Below, piece after piece: positions 8,610 through 18,094 of a DNA stretch of 32,000 nt (the first letter of the stretch is position 1; every line of letters starts with the position of its first letter). Position numbers and translations under genes: made by a program. The notes below the pieces were generated by a model that worked only from the letters and a program-made list of their open reading frames with translations, was not told the DNA's origin and did no database searches. Source of the stretch: Vibrio vulnificus CMCP6 (lineage in GTDB: Bacteria; Pseudomonadota; Gammaproteobacteria; Enterobacterales; Vibrionaceae). The stretch lies in assembly GCF_000039765.1 (NCBI RefSeq), contig NC_004459.3, forward strand, positions 2,926,104 to 2,958,103, in the 5' to 3' direction.

Positions 8610-10043
8610 TTAGAGTTTCTTCGACAGTAGCCCTGCGAAGACGAAGATGGAAATACCAAGAACCATGATCTCGCCTTTGCCGCTATCAAAGCCCGACTTG
8701 ATGCCCATCACTGCTACGATGGCAATCGCTACAGGGATAATGTACTTCACTAGGTTGTACCAAACACCGAATAGTGGGAAAGAGACTTTGCCGTCGTTGG
8801 TGATCTCTTTTTCAAGATCTTCGCGACTCAAACGCCAGCCAGCAAAGATACACACCAACATACCACCCACCGCAAGGAAGATCTTATCGGTTAGCAAGTC
8901 GAAGATATCAAATGCACCAGTATCAAACAGTTTTGGACCCACACCACCGAGTGACAGTGAAGCGAAGATACACAAAGACGCCATCACAATACTTGATGAA
9001 ATAACAGCCGTTGAACGCTTCATGCCTTTCTCATCGATGAGGTAAGAAACCACCACTTCAAGAAGAGAAACGGAAGAAGTCAGTGCTGCTACAGTCAAAC
9101 CGATAAAGAACAGGAGCGCTAGAACTAGACCAATAACGCCACCCATTTCAGAGAACAACTGAGGCACAACAACAAATACAAGACCAGGGCCAGCGGCTGG
9201 CTCCATACCAAAAGCAAACATCGCTGGGAACATTGCGACACCCGCTAGGATAGCGACACCGGTATCCATCGCAGTAACCATACCCGTGGTTTGTACAAGG
9301 TTTTCTTGCTTCTTCAAGTAAGAGCCGTAGGTCATCATACAACCCATACCTAAGCTCAATGAGAAGAACGCCTGACCTAGAGCGGCCAGCACAACATTGC
9401 TGTCTACTTTTGAGAAGTCCGGCATAAACAGGAACTCAAGACCTGCCATCGCGCCTGGCAACATCAAACCTTTCACCGATACGATGATGAGGATGATAAA
9501 TAGCAGTGGCATTAGGACCTTGCCCGCTTTCTCGATACCGCCTGAAACACCACGCATAACAATTACGATGTTCAGTAGTAGGTAGACACCCATCCAAAGC
9601 AGAGGTTGAACCGGATCGGAAATAAACGCACCAAAGCTCGAACCAATGGTGTCTGGTGTGCTTAATAGACCACCGCCCACTTTGAAGATGTAAGCCAGTG
9701 CCCAGCCACCAACCACTGGGTAGAAACCCATGATCAATAGACCACTGAATACACCTAATACGCCTGTGAACGTCCAACGACGATCCGTTGACTTAAATGC
9801 GCCAACTGCAGAAAGACCTGTCTTACGACCAATCGCAAACTCAGTGAGCATTACGCTAAAGCCGATAAAAATAACGAAAAATAGGTAGATCGCAACGAAT
9901 GCACCGCCGCCACTCTCACCAGCTGTGTAAGGGAACTTCCATATATTGCCTAAACCGACCGCAGAGCCTGCGGCTGCCATCACGAAGCCTAGTTTAGACC
10001 CCCACGTGTCACGTGGTGCTGCACTTGTATTACTCATATCCAC
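8610..10043 (-). CDS. Sodium-dependent transporter, neurotransmitter:sodium symporter (NSS/SNF) family
   Basis: 477 aa with about 12 predicted TM segments. The N-terminal signature GSKLGFVMAAAGSAVGLGNIWKFPY is diagnostic of bacterial NSS transporters. Confidence 0.9.
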   Translation of the reverse strand: MDMSNTSAAPRDTWGSKLGFVMAAAGSAVGLGNIWKFPYTAGESGGGAFVAIYLFFVIFIGFSVMLTEFAIGRKTGLSAVGAFKSTDRRWTFTGVLGVFSGLLIMGFYPVVGGWALAYIFKVGGGLLSTPDTIGSSFGAFISDPVQPLLWMGVYLLLNIVIVMRGVSGGIEKAGKVLMPLLFIILIIVSVKGLMLPGAMAGLEFLFMPDFSKVDSNVVLAALGQAFFSLSLGMGCMMTYGSYLKKQENLVQTTGMVTAMDTGVAILAGVAMFPAMFAFGMEPAAGPGLVFVVVPQLFSEMGGVIGLVLALLFFIGLTVAALTSSVSLLEVVVSYLIDEKGMKRSTAVISSSIVMASLCIFASLSLGGVGPKLFDTGAFDIFDLLTDKIFLAVGGMLVCIFAGWRLSREDLEKEITNDGKVSFPLFGVWYNLVKYIIPVAIAIVAVMGIKSGFDSGKGEIMVLGISIFVFAGLLSKKL

Positions 10044-10100
10044 GCTCTATCTCCAAAAAATATGTTGTGTTTGCATCCAGATGAGCGTCTAAATAGGTTA

Positions 10101-10118
10101 TGTACAAAATTTTTTACA
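10101..10118. promoter_or_regulatory. TyrR-box-like operator upstream of the NSS transporter
   Basis: TGTACA-AAATTT-TTTACA compared with the TyrR strong-box consensus TGTAAA-N6-TTTACA (1 mismatch). Its centre is about 66 bp upstream of the transporter ATG. Confidence 0.5.
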
Positions 10119-10389
10119 CACGAACATTGTTCGCTTGACGTCATCCTGCTAGCAAGTAAAACAGTTTAAGAATAAAATTGGAAGCCCGAACAGTCTATTT
10201 TCCCACCTTATCTTTCATTATCGCGATTAAGTGCTGATTTTTTAGCCACAAACACCTCATCAACCTTAATTCTACAAAATCTTTACAACTTTTCGCTATA
10301 TGAACTCGGTTCTCTATTGAGGCTGCTATTTCTAATTTTTCTATTTCAGCTTACTATCTGAATCGTTTACTAGTTTCTACGAGATAGCG

Positions 10390-11844
10390 ATGGACAAGTT
10401 CTACCATTTTCTCACCCTCGCAGGGATCGGACTTTATTGGGTCCTGATTGCTGGTGTGACGTTCCGTGTCGTGTTAAAGCGTCGTGCCGTGAGCGTTTCG
10501 CTCGCATGGCTAATGATCATTTACATTCTCCCTGTGCTGGGCGTCGCCTGCTATTTTCTGTTTGGTGAGCTAAATCTAGGCCGCAAACGAGCCGAGCGTG
10601 CCAAAGAGATGTTTGCACCCTTTGCCACTTGGTTCTCGCAACTGAATGACTGCCAAGCCCATGCGCCAGAGTCGATGGGACGCCACATCTATCGTATTGA
10701 CGAATTGTGTAATACTCGGCTGGGCTTACCCGCACTCAGCGGCAACACGCTCTCTCTGCAACGTTCGCCTGAAGAGATTCTTCATTCCGTCATTCAAGAT
10801 ATCGAAAACGCGCAAAGTAGTATTCGCATGGTGTTTTATATCTGGCATCCCGGAGGCTTAGCGGATTCTGTCGCTTCAGCGCTTATCCAAGCCGCCAAAC
10901 GAGGTGTGGATGTCAAACTGTTGCTGGATTCAGCGGGGAGTCCACGATTTTTCCGTAGCCATTGGCGTCAGATGATGGTGAACGCAGGCATTCACGTGGT
11001 ACAAGCGCTAGAAGTGAGCCCATGGCGTATTTTTCTACGTCGTCTCGATTTAAGACAACACCGAAAAATCATCGTTATCGACGATGAGATTGCCTACACA
11101 GGTTCAATGAATTTGGTCGACCCTGCCTACTTCAAACAAAGCAGCGGCGTTGGGCAATGGGTGGATATCATGGTGCGTTTGACTGGTCCAACGGTGAACG
11201 TGCTTTCCGCCATTCATTGCTGGGATTGGGAAGTCGAAACTGGACATCGCCAATTACCCAGACTGCCTGAATGCCCGTTAGACTCGACGCAATACCAAAA
11301 CCCCATTCAAGTGGTTCCATCGGGCCCCGGCATGCCAGAGAACTTGATTTCTCAAGTGTTGATTCTCGCCATCAACCAAGCGAACCACTCGGTCACGATT
11401 ACCACACCTTACTTTGTGCCAAGCATCAATCTGCTCGACACATTAAAAATGACCGCTCAACGTGGCATTGATGTACAACTGATCATCCCACATAAAAATG
11501 ACTCCCTCATGGTGCAATGGGCTTCCCGTTCCTTTTACAGCGAGCTTATGGAAGCGGGCGTGAAGATCTTCGAATTTTACGGTGGATTGCTGCACACTAA
11601 ATCCGTTGTCATCGACCAAGAGTTTTGTCTCGTCGGGACGGTCAACATCGACATGCGCAGTTTGTGGCTCAATTTTGAAGTCACACTGGCGGTAGATGAT
11701 GAGCATTTCACCCAACAAATGCACCAATTGCAACAAAACTACAAATCGCGCGCTCATCCTGTTCATCTGAGCGAATGGAACAAACGCTCGCTTTACTCGC
11801 GCTTTTTAGAGCGACTCTACTACCTCTTTAATCCTTTGCTGTGA
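10390..11844 (+). CDS. clsA: Cardiolipin synthase A
   Basis: 484 aa. It has two N-terminal TM helices and two HKD phospholipase-D motifs (HRKIIVIDD...GSMN and HTKSVVID...GTVN). The sequence is collinear with enterobacterial ClsA. Confidence 0.92.
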   Translation: MDKFYHFLTLAGIGLYWVLIAGVTFRVVLKRRAVSVSLAWLMIIYILPVLGVACYFLFGELNLGRKRAERAKEMFAPFATWFSQLNDCQAHAPESMGRHIYRIDELCNTRLGLPALSGNTLSLQRSPEEILHSVIQDIENAQSSIRMVFYIWHPGGLADSVASALIQAAKRGVDVKLLLDSAGSPRFFRSHWRQMMVNAGIHVVQALEVSPWRIFLRRLDLRQHRKIIVIDDEIAYTGSMNLVDPAYFKQSSGVGQWVDIMVRLTGPTVNVLSAIHCWDWEVETGHRQLPRLPECPLDSTQYQNPIQVVPSGPGMPENLISQVLILAINQANHSVTITTPYFVPSINLLDTLKMTAQRGIDVQLIIPHKNDSLMVQWASRSFYSELMEAGVKIFEFYGGLLHTKSVVIDQEFCLVGTVNIDMRSLWLNFEVTLAVDDEHFTQQMHQLQQNYKSRAHPVHLSEWNKRSLYSRFLERLYYLFNPLL

Positions 11845-11867
11845 AACTCACCCACAGTGACAACTTG

Positions 11868-11897
11868 AAAACATCCTCTTGTCGGGGATGTTTTTGC
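11868..11897 (+). terminator. Intrinsic terminator of clsA
   Basis: AAAACATCC (11868-11876) pairs with GGATGTTTT (11886-11894) and continues as a T5 run. It starts 24 nt after the stop codon. Confidence 0.75.
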
Positions 11898-11968
11898 TTT
11901 GCAACCCTTGCCAAGCCTATACGCTCCATGTTTTAAATAGGGCATTCTCTCATAGACAAGGAATTAAC

Positions 11969-13177
11969 ATGTCGGAAGGCAAACAAACCAAGCTGGTCAC
12001 CGCTGGACGCGATAAAAAATGGACAAATGGCGTGGTAAACCCGCCAATTCAACGTGCGTCGACGGTGGTTTTTGACACAGTGGCAGACAAACACCACGCG
12101 ACCGTCAATCGAGCCAACAAAACACTTTTTTACGGCCGTCGTGGCACTCATACCCACTTCGCCTTTCAAGAAGCGATGACACAAATTGAGGGCGGTGCTG
12201 GCTGCGCACTTTACCCATGTGGCACCGCCGCCATTTCCAACGCGATTCTTTCCTTCGTCGAAACCGGTGATCACATTCTGATGGTCGATACCTGCTACGA
12301 ACCAACTCGCGATTTCTGCGATAAGATCATGAAAAAAATGGGGGTAGAAACCACCTATTACGATCCGATGGTTGGAGAAGGCATTCGTGAGCTCATCAAA
12401 CCCAATACCAAAGTGCTGTTTTTGGAATCTCCCGGCTCTATTACCATGGAAGTGCAAGATGTCCCTACCCTCGCACGTATTGCGCATGAGCACGGTATCA
12501 TCGTGATGTTGGATAACACGTGGGGCGCCGGTGTCAACTTCTCACCTTTCGAGCATGGTGTAGATATCTCGATTCAAGCAGCAACGAAGTACATTGTTGG
12601 CCATTCGGATGTGATGTTGGGAACCGCTGTCGCAAGCGAGCCCTATTGGGATCAGTTGCGTGAGCAAAGTTATTTGATGGGACAGTGCGTCTCACCGGAT
12701 GACGCCTACCTTGGTCTGCGTGGTCTGAGAACGATTGATGTACGTTTGCGTCAACACGAACAAGCCAGCCTAAAAGTAGCTCAATGGCTCGCAACCCGAC
12801 CAGAAGTGGACCATGTTCGCCACCCAGCATTGGAGAGCTGCCCTGGTCACGAGTTTTTTAACCGTGATTTCACTGGCGGTAATGGCCTGTTTTCTTTTGT
12901 ATTGAAGACCTCATACCCTCGTGCAACCACAGCGCTGCTCGATGGAATGAAACACTTCAGCATGGGCTATTCGTGGGGTGGATTTGAAAGCTTAATTTTG
13001 GCCAATGAACCAAAGAGTTTCTCAAGCTTACGTACTGTCGCCAATCCGAACTTTGAAGGTACCTTGATCCGCCTGCATATTGGTTTAGAAAATGTCGAAG
13101 ACCTAATTGCCGATCTCGAAGCGGGGTTTGAACGTTATAACGCATTGATTCTTGAAAGAGAAACCTCTCTTAGCTAG
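11969..13177 (+). CDS. metC: Cystathionine beta-lyase (PLP-dependent)
   Basis: The protein starts [15 protein letters not shown] and has the PLP-lysine region [14 protein letters not shown]. The start is set at the ATG at 11969 with SD AAGGA at 11957-11961. The track start at 11879 lies inside the clsA terminator and is rejected. Confidence 0.9.
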   Translation: MSEGKQTKLVTAGRDKKWTNGVVNPPIQRASTVVFDTVADKHHATVNRANKTLFYGRRGTHTHFAFQEAMTQIEGGAGCALYPCGTAAISNAILSFVETGDHILMVDTCYEPTRDFCDKIMKKMGVETTYYDPMVGEGIRELIKPNTKVLFLESPGSITMEVQDVPTLARIAHEHGIIVMLDNTWGAGVNFSPFEHGVDISIQAATKYIVGHSDVMLGTAVASEPYWDQLREQSYLMGQCVSPDDAYLGLRGLRTIDVRLRQHEQASLKVAQWLATRPEVDHVRHPALESCPGHEFFNRDFTGGNGLFSFVLKTSYPRATTALLDGMKHFSMGYSWGGFESLILANEPKSFSSLRTVANPNFEGTLIRLHIGLENVEDLIADLEAGFERYNALILERETSLS

Positions 13178-13216
13178 CGGCGATTTACCTCATTAGGCGC
13201 TCCCCGCTATGCATAT

Positions 13217-13250
13217 AAAACAGCCCCTCATCTCTGCGGGGCTGTTTTTT
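13217..13250. terminator. Bidirectional intrinsic terminator between convergent metC and tag
   Basis: AAAACAGCCCC (13217-13227) / GGGGCTGTTTT (13238-13248). T-runs follow the stem on both strands. Confidence 0.8.
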
Positions 13251-13818
13251 ATCGATGTGCTTTACAGGGGCAATCAATTAAATGATCATCAACCATCCCG
13301 ACCGCTTGCATGAAGGCATAACAAATGGTTTCTCCAACAAACTTGAAGCCACGCTTTTTAAGAAACTTGCTGAGCGCTTTAGATTGCTCCGTGACCGCGG
13401 GCACTTCATCCATTGATTGCCATTGGTTAACAATCGGCTGATGGTCGACAAACGACCACAAAGCGTTAGACAGTGAACCAAACTCTTCTTGAAGCGCCAA
13501 TGCAGCGCGTGCATTACTAAACACCGACGCAATTTTCCCACGATGTTTCACCACATCGTACTGAGCGATGATCTCCTCAACTCTTTGCTCTCCCTGTTGC
13601 GCGAGTCGTTTGAGGTCATAGCCTTCAAATGCCTCTCGATAACCTTGACGCTTTTTCAGAATCGTAATCCAACTCAATCCTGCCTGTGCACCTTCTAACG
13701 TCATGAACTCAAAAAGTACGGTGTCGTCGTAAACAGGCTTACCCCATTCCGAATCATGATATTCACGTTCTAAAGGGTGATTCATCGCCCACGCACATGT
13801 TTTTTGTTCTGCCATCAT
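13249..13818 (-). CDS. tag: DNA-3-methyladenine glycosylase I
   Basis: 189 aa. YHDSEWGKPVYDD and the C-terminal HLxxCxC zinc-snap motif (DHLIDCPC) are typical of Tag. Confidence 0.92.
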   Translation of the reverse strand: MMAEQKTCAWAMNHPLEREYHDSEWGKPVYDDTVLFEFMTLEGAQAGLSWITILKKRQGYREAFEGYDLKRLAQQGEQRVEEIIAQYDVVKHRGKIASVFSNARAALALQEEFGSLSNALWSFVDHQPIVNQWQSMDEVPAVTEQSKALSKFLKKRGFKFVGETICYAFMQAVGMVDDHLIDCPCKAHR

Positions 13819-13827
13819 CTAATTCCT

Positions 13828-13860
13828 TATAAAAACGCCCTCACAAGGTGAAGGCGTTTA
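13828..13860 (-). terminator. Intrinsic terminator of the RND operon
   Basis: The minus strand reads AAACGCCTTCAC-CTTG-GTGAGGGCGTTT followed by TTTATAAGG. It lies about 19 nt after the RND pump stop. Confidence 0.75.
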
Positions 13861-13878
13861 GATTCCTAGGCCGATTAA

Positions 13879-16800
13879 TTATTTCGGCACCGCCACTTTG
13901 TGGAAGAGACGATACAACACTGGCACGACAATCAGTGTCAGGATTGTCGCAAAACCCAGACCAAACATGATGGTGACTGCCATCGGCTTAAAGAAAATGT
14001 CGGGTAACAGAGGCACCATGCCCAGAATCGTGGTGATCGCCGCCATACAGACTGGGCGAACACGGCTCAACGCAGCATCCACAACCGCAACATACGGATC
14101 TTTGCCTGACTTCATCTCTATTTCGATCTGATCAAGCAATACGATACCGTTTTTCAACAGCATGCCAGACAAGCTTAAGAAGCCGAGTAACGCCATAAAA
14201 CCAAATGGCGTATTGAGCGCTAACAAGCCAGTTGTTACCCCAATCACCGCTAGAGGCACCGTCAGCCAAACGATCAATGGCTCTTTCACTGAGTTAAACA
14301 AGAACACAGTGATCAAGAACATAAACAGGTAACCCATCGGCATGGTGGTAAAGAGCGACGCTTGTGCATCACGAGAGGATTCATATTCCCCACCCCATTC
14401 CAGAGAGTAACCTGGTGGCAGTTGAATGGCTTCGATTTGTGGCATCAAACGTTTCTGTAACGTTGACGCGGTCTCTTCACCAAGAATGTCAGGGTCAGCC
14501 ATCACCGTCAGCACGCGTTTGCGGTTCTTACGCACAATAATTGGGTCTTCCCAAAGCAATTCATAGCCTAACGTCACCTGTTGAAGAGGAATGAATTCGC
14601 TTAACGCCGGGCTCCAAATTTTCATCCCTTCGATATTACGAATATCCACACGCTCTTCATCTGGTAAACGGGCAACGATCGGCATTAACGTCGTGCCATC
14701 ACGATAAATACCAATCGCCATTCCCGAAAACGACATGGCAAGGAAATCGTCCACATCCGACTTTGTGATGCCGTAACGTCTAGCTTGGCTTTCGTTAAAC
14801 TGTGGCTCAAGCACTTTGGTACGTTCACGCCAGTCGTGGCGAACGTTGGTTGCCCCTGCATCGGCGTACATGATATCCATCACCTGAGCGGCAATTGAAC
14901 GCAATACCGTTGGATCCGAACCGATGATGCGCGCTTCGATCTTCGCACCACCGCCTGGACCTAACTCAATTTGCTTCAATTTGTAGTTGATCTCAGGGAA
15001 GTTCTCTTTGACATGCTGGCGGAATTTCGCCATCAAAGGATCAAGGGCTTCATAGCTGGTGACACGCGTAGTAATTTCACCATACGCGGCATAGCTCTTC
15101 TCTGGTGCGTAGGTCAGCATGAAACGCTGCAAACCCTTACCCGCTGTGGTCGTGATGTGCTCGACATTGTCTTGTTCGGCTAACCAGCTTTCCAACGCTT
15201 TAAGCTTGGTGTTAGTCGCGCGAATGTCCGTCCCTTCCGGCAGCCAAATATCGGCTTGGAACATTGGCGTGGTCGACGATGGAAAGAATGCCTGCTTAAC
15301 CAATGTAAAGCCGTACAAACTGACGCCTAAACCCAGCACCAACACGATCATGGTCAACCAAGCTCGCTTCATACAGAACTCTAAGAAGTTCTTGTATACC
15401 ACGAAGATCATGCCGTTATACGGGTCCACTTCTTCGCCCGATTCTGACACATTCACTTTCTGGCCTTTAAAGAAAATATCGGCGAAGAAAGGCGTTAAAG
15501 AAATCGCAGTGAACCAACTCAGCATCAGAGAAATCAGCAACACGGTAAAGAGAGTGCCACAGTATTCACCTGTCGCATCTTCAGACAGACCGATAGGAGC
15601 AAACGCGGTCACCGCAATGACCGTCGCCCCAAGGAGCGGCCACTTGGTTTGCGTAACAATGTCGGTCGCGGCCTGCAGACGCGTTCGGCCTTTTTGCGTG
15701 CCAATCAATATCCCCTCAACCACCACAATGGCGTTATCCACCAGCATCCCCAGTGCGATAACCAACGCGCCGAGAGAGATACGTTGCAAGTCGATCTTGA
15801 AATACTGCATGAAGATGAAGGTACCCAGTACCGTGAGCAGCAAAATCAAACCAATCAACAGGCCAGAGCGCAAACCCATAAAGAACAAGAGGACGATAAT
15901 AACAATCGCTACTGCTTGCCCCAAACTCACCACGAATCCGCTGACCGACTTATCCACTTCCTTCGGTTGGCTATAAATCTCGGAGATATCAATGCCAACC
16001 GGTTGCTGGTATTTCAGTTCAGCTAGGCGACGGTCGAAGGATTTACCCACTTCCACCACGTTGACACCTTGTGCAAAAGAAACCCCGACGTTCAACGCCA
16101 GTTTGCCATTGAAGTTGATGATGTTGTTCGGCACTTCAACGTAGCCACGTTTGATATCGGCCACATCGCGAAGATAGATCAATCCCTGAGCTCCGCTCTC
16201 GGTAATAATGAGATCGCCCAACTGATCGACGTTTTGGAACTCACCCGTAGGATGGATACGGATGTATTCATCGCCAATTCGGATCGCACCAGCGTCAGAC
16301 ACCACGTTTTGCGTCGAAAGCAGGTTAAAGACCGTGTTTGGTGAAATACCTAAGCTACTTAAACGCTTCATCGATATCTCGATAAACACTTGCTCTTGCT
16401 GTTGTCCAGTGACGGAAACTTTGCTGACCCCATCGACCAGTTCAAGCTCACGCCTTAAATAATCGACATAATCCAGCAGTTCTTTATAACTGTAACCATC
16501 GCCTGTGACTGCAAGTAAAATCCCGTACACATCACCAAAGTCATCAATCACTTGCGGGTCATTCACTCCGGGAGGAAGCTGACCTTTAAGGTCGTTGACT
16601 TTACGACGCAGTTCATCCCAGATTTGTGGCAGATCATCCGGACCATAATTGTTTTTCATGGTCACAGTGATTTGAGATAACCCGCGGCTGGAAATGGAGT
16701 TAACCTCATCCACATAAGTTAATTGCTGAATCGCTTTCTCAAGCGGATAAGTCACCTCTTCTTCAACCTGCTGAGGTGTGGCACCCGGATAGGAAGTCAC

Positions 16801-16986
16801 CACCATTGCGTCTTTGATGGTAAAGGCCGGATCTTCTAAACGACCTAAACCAAAAAACGCAGCCACCCCACCAATCAAAAAGATCAGCGAAATCATCCAA
16901 CTAATCACACGATTTCGAATAAAATACGCTGCGACGCCCGTTACTTCATCATCGCTTTGAGGCGACACTACTGGTTTATCACTCAT
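13879..16986 (-). CDS. vexK: RND multidrug efflux permease (AcrB/HAE1 family)
   Basis: 1035 aa with 12-TM RND architecture and two large periplasmic loops. It is the third gene after two adaptor genes, the arrangement of V. cholerae vexIJK. The symbol is assigned by synteny with psp/sap neighbours, not by a search. The start overlaps the upstream stop (ATGAGTGA). Confidence 0.85.
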   Translation of the reverse strand: MSDKPVVSPQSDDEVTGVAAYFIRNRVISWMISLIFLIGGVAAFFGLGRLEDPAFTIKDAMVVTSYPGATPQQVEEEVTYPLEKAIQQLTYVDEVNSISSRGLSQITVTMKNNYGPDDLPQIWDELRRKVNDLKGQLPPGVNDPQVIDDFGDVYGILLAVTGDGYSYKELLDYVDYLRRELELVDGVSKVSVTGQQQEQVFIEISMKRLSSLGISPNTVFNLLSTQNVVSDAGAIRIGDEYIRIHPTGEFQNVDQLGDLIITESGAQGLIYLRDVADIKRGYVEVPNNIINFNGKLALNVGVSFAQGVNVVEVGKSFDRRLAELKYQQPVGIDISEIYSQPKEVDKSVSGFVVSLGQAVAIVIIVLLFFMGLRSGLLIGLILLLTVLGTFIFMQYFKIDLQRISLGALVIALGMLVDNAIVVVEGILIGTQKGRTRLQAATDIVTQTKWPLLGATVIAVTAFAPIGLSEDATGEYCGTLFTVLLISLMLSWFTAISLTPFFADIFFKGQKVNVSESGEEVDPYNGMIFVVYKNFLEFCMKRAWLTMIVLVLGLGVSLYGFTLVKQAFFPSSTTPMFQADIWLPEGTDIRATNTKLKALESWLAEQDNVEHITTTAGKGLQRFMLTYAPEKSYAAYGEITTRVTSYEALDPLMAKFRQHVKENFPEINYKLKQIELGPGGGAKIEARIIGSDPTVLRSIAAQVMDIMYADAGATNVRHDWRERTKVLEPQFNESQARRYGITKSDVDDFLAMSFSGMAIGIYRDGTTLMPIVARLPDEERVDIRNIEGMKIWSPALSEFIPLQQVTLGYELLWEDPIIVRKNRKRVLTVMADPDILGEETASTLQKRLMPQIEAIQLPPGYSLEWGGEYESSRDAQASLFTTMPMGYLFMFLITVFLFNSVKEPLIVWLTVPLAVIGVTTGLLALNTPFGFMALLGFLSLSGMLLKNGIVLLDQIEIEMKSGKDPYVAVVDAALSRVRPVCMAAITTILGMVPLLPDIFFKPMAVTIMFGLGFATILTLIVVPVLYRLFHKVAVPK

Positions 16987-18094
16987 TGTTCGCCTCCTGA
17001 GAAATCACATTCACTTTAATGCCGTCGCGCAGTCGTGCGATACCCGCCACCACCACTTGCTCTGAATGCGTTAGCCCCTCAATAATTTGCGCACTCTCTT
17101 TCGACGCTTTACCTACAACGACTTGACGTTTGCTAACGCTATTGTCCGCGTTTAACACCCAAACAAATTTTTTCTCTCGATTCAGCTCATCCCCATCGGC
17201 ATTAAAAATGGCCTCAATCGGTACACGAATACCCGAGTTCAACTCCAGCCCGACCCCTTCTCCTCGTGAAGTCACCTCAACGGCCATGCCGTCTAAGATG
17301 TACTCTTTTTCCGGCATCGGCATGGTCAGCGTGACCGTAAAGGTGCCTGTTTTTGGATCGGGCTCTGTGGTGAACTCTTTGATTTTTGCCGAGTACTCAT
17401 TTCCACTGCGAACACGAACTAGGGCATCAACGTGCTCAAGCTTTTCTCTGGTGGGCTGATTGACATACAGCTGATCGGGAAGCTGAATTAAGATTTCGAC
17501 TTCATCAACACTGTGAATGTTGACCACTTGCTGCCCAACTTGAACGTTTTCAAATTGATCAACACTGACCCGTGAAATGATGCCGTCAACAGGTGCTTTT
17601 AACTGTGTAAACGAGAGACGCAGTTTTGCCAATTCAAGTTCAGCCAGTGCAATTTGGCGCTGCGCAGCGATCTCATCAAACTGAGATTTTGCCAGTAACC
17701 CTTTTTTCACCAGCGGCTCCGAGCGCTTAAACTGGCTATCCACTACCGAGAACCTTGCTTGCGCGTTATCCACGTCTAAGCGGTAATCAGTGGGGTCAAG
17801 TTCAGCAATCACATCGCCTTTTTTTATCCTATCCCCTTCTTTGACGTATAAGCTCCTGACTTCTCCAGCGACTCGAAAACTGAGGTGAGAACGTTCTGCA
17901 GCGTTTGCTACAGCAGGGAAATAGAGGCTGTCGATCATCTCTTCGTCAGTCAACGAGACAATTTTGACATTTGGGTCAGCCATAGCGGCTGGCTGATTTT
18001 GTTGCCCACATCCGGCTAACAGTAAAGCGGCGGACAACGCGGTTAAACCAATCCATTTATTCACGTTATAGCCCTCGCTCTTTAACCCATTCAC
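16979..18094 (-). CDS. vexJ: RND efflux periplasmic adaptor (membrane fusion lipoprotein), second of two
   Basis: It has a lipobox LLLAGC plus biotinyl-lipoyl-like and coiled-coil hairpin regions typical of the HlyD/AcrA family. An alternative GTG start at 18064 sits 1 nt after the upstream stop, versus the ATG at 18094 which overlaps by 29 nt. Confidence 0.85.
   Translation of the reverse strand: MNGLKSEGYNVNKWIGLTALSAALLLAGCGQQNQPAAMADPNVKIVSLTDEEMIDSLYFPAVANAAERSHLSFRVAGEVRSLYVKEGDRIKKGDVIAELDPTDYRLDVDNAQARFSVVDSQFKRSEPLVKKGLLAKSQFDEIAAQRQIALAELELAKLRLSFTQLKAPVDGIISRVSVDQFENVQVGQQVVNIHSVDEVEILIQLPDQLYVNQPTREKLEHVDALVRVRSGNEYSAKIKEFTTEPDPKTGTFTVTLTMPMPEKEYILDGMAVEVTSRGEGVGLELNSGIRVPIEAIFNADGDELNREKKFVWVLNADNSVSKRQVVVGKASKESAQIIEGLTHSEQVVVAGIARLRDGIKVNVISQEANNE

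Noticed and set aside
10062-10169. A 35-codon ORF in the transporter/clsA intergenic region
   Set aside because: It has no SD, runs through the TyrR-like box and palindrome, and has Cys/His/Leu-rich composition without features of a leader peptide.
10270-10287. A second TyrR-like half site (TCTACA-AAATC-TTTACA) nearer clsA
   Set aside because: The spacer is 5 nt instead of 6 nt and the left half is poor. This is not enough to call a box.
11879-11968. Upstream starts suggested by the ORF track for metC (11879), pspF (20743), sapA (21963), ppaC (29727), pspC (19680) and the pseudouridine synthase (6839)
   Set aside because: In each case a downstream ATG has a proper SD and gives the family-typical N-terminus. 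The extensions run through terminators or operators, or encode non-conserved sequence.
3931-13859. Hairpins sharing a (C)GCCCTC / GAGGGC(G) core at 3931, 5055 and 13835, considered as a possible REP-like repeat family
   Set aside because: There are only three copies. They have different loops and flanks, and each sits exactly where a terminator or intercistronic hairpin is expected. The similarity is probably convergent GC-stem composition. A genome-wide count would be needed to claim a repeat family.
15119-15976. A 285-aa plus-strand ORF, plus the overlapping 125-aa ORF at 15649-16026, antisense to the RND permease
   Set aside because: It is long but low-complexity (Ser/Thr/Pro/Lys-rich) with no recognisable domain. 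It is fully embedded in a conserved 12-TM RND gene. Stop-codon-poor antisense frames are common in such genes. Only ribosome profiling could rescue it.
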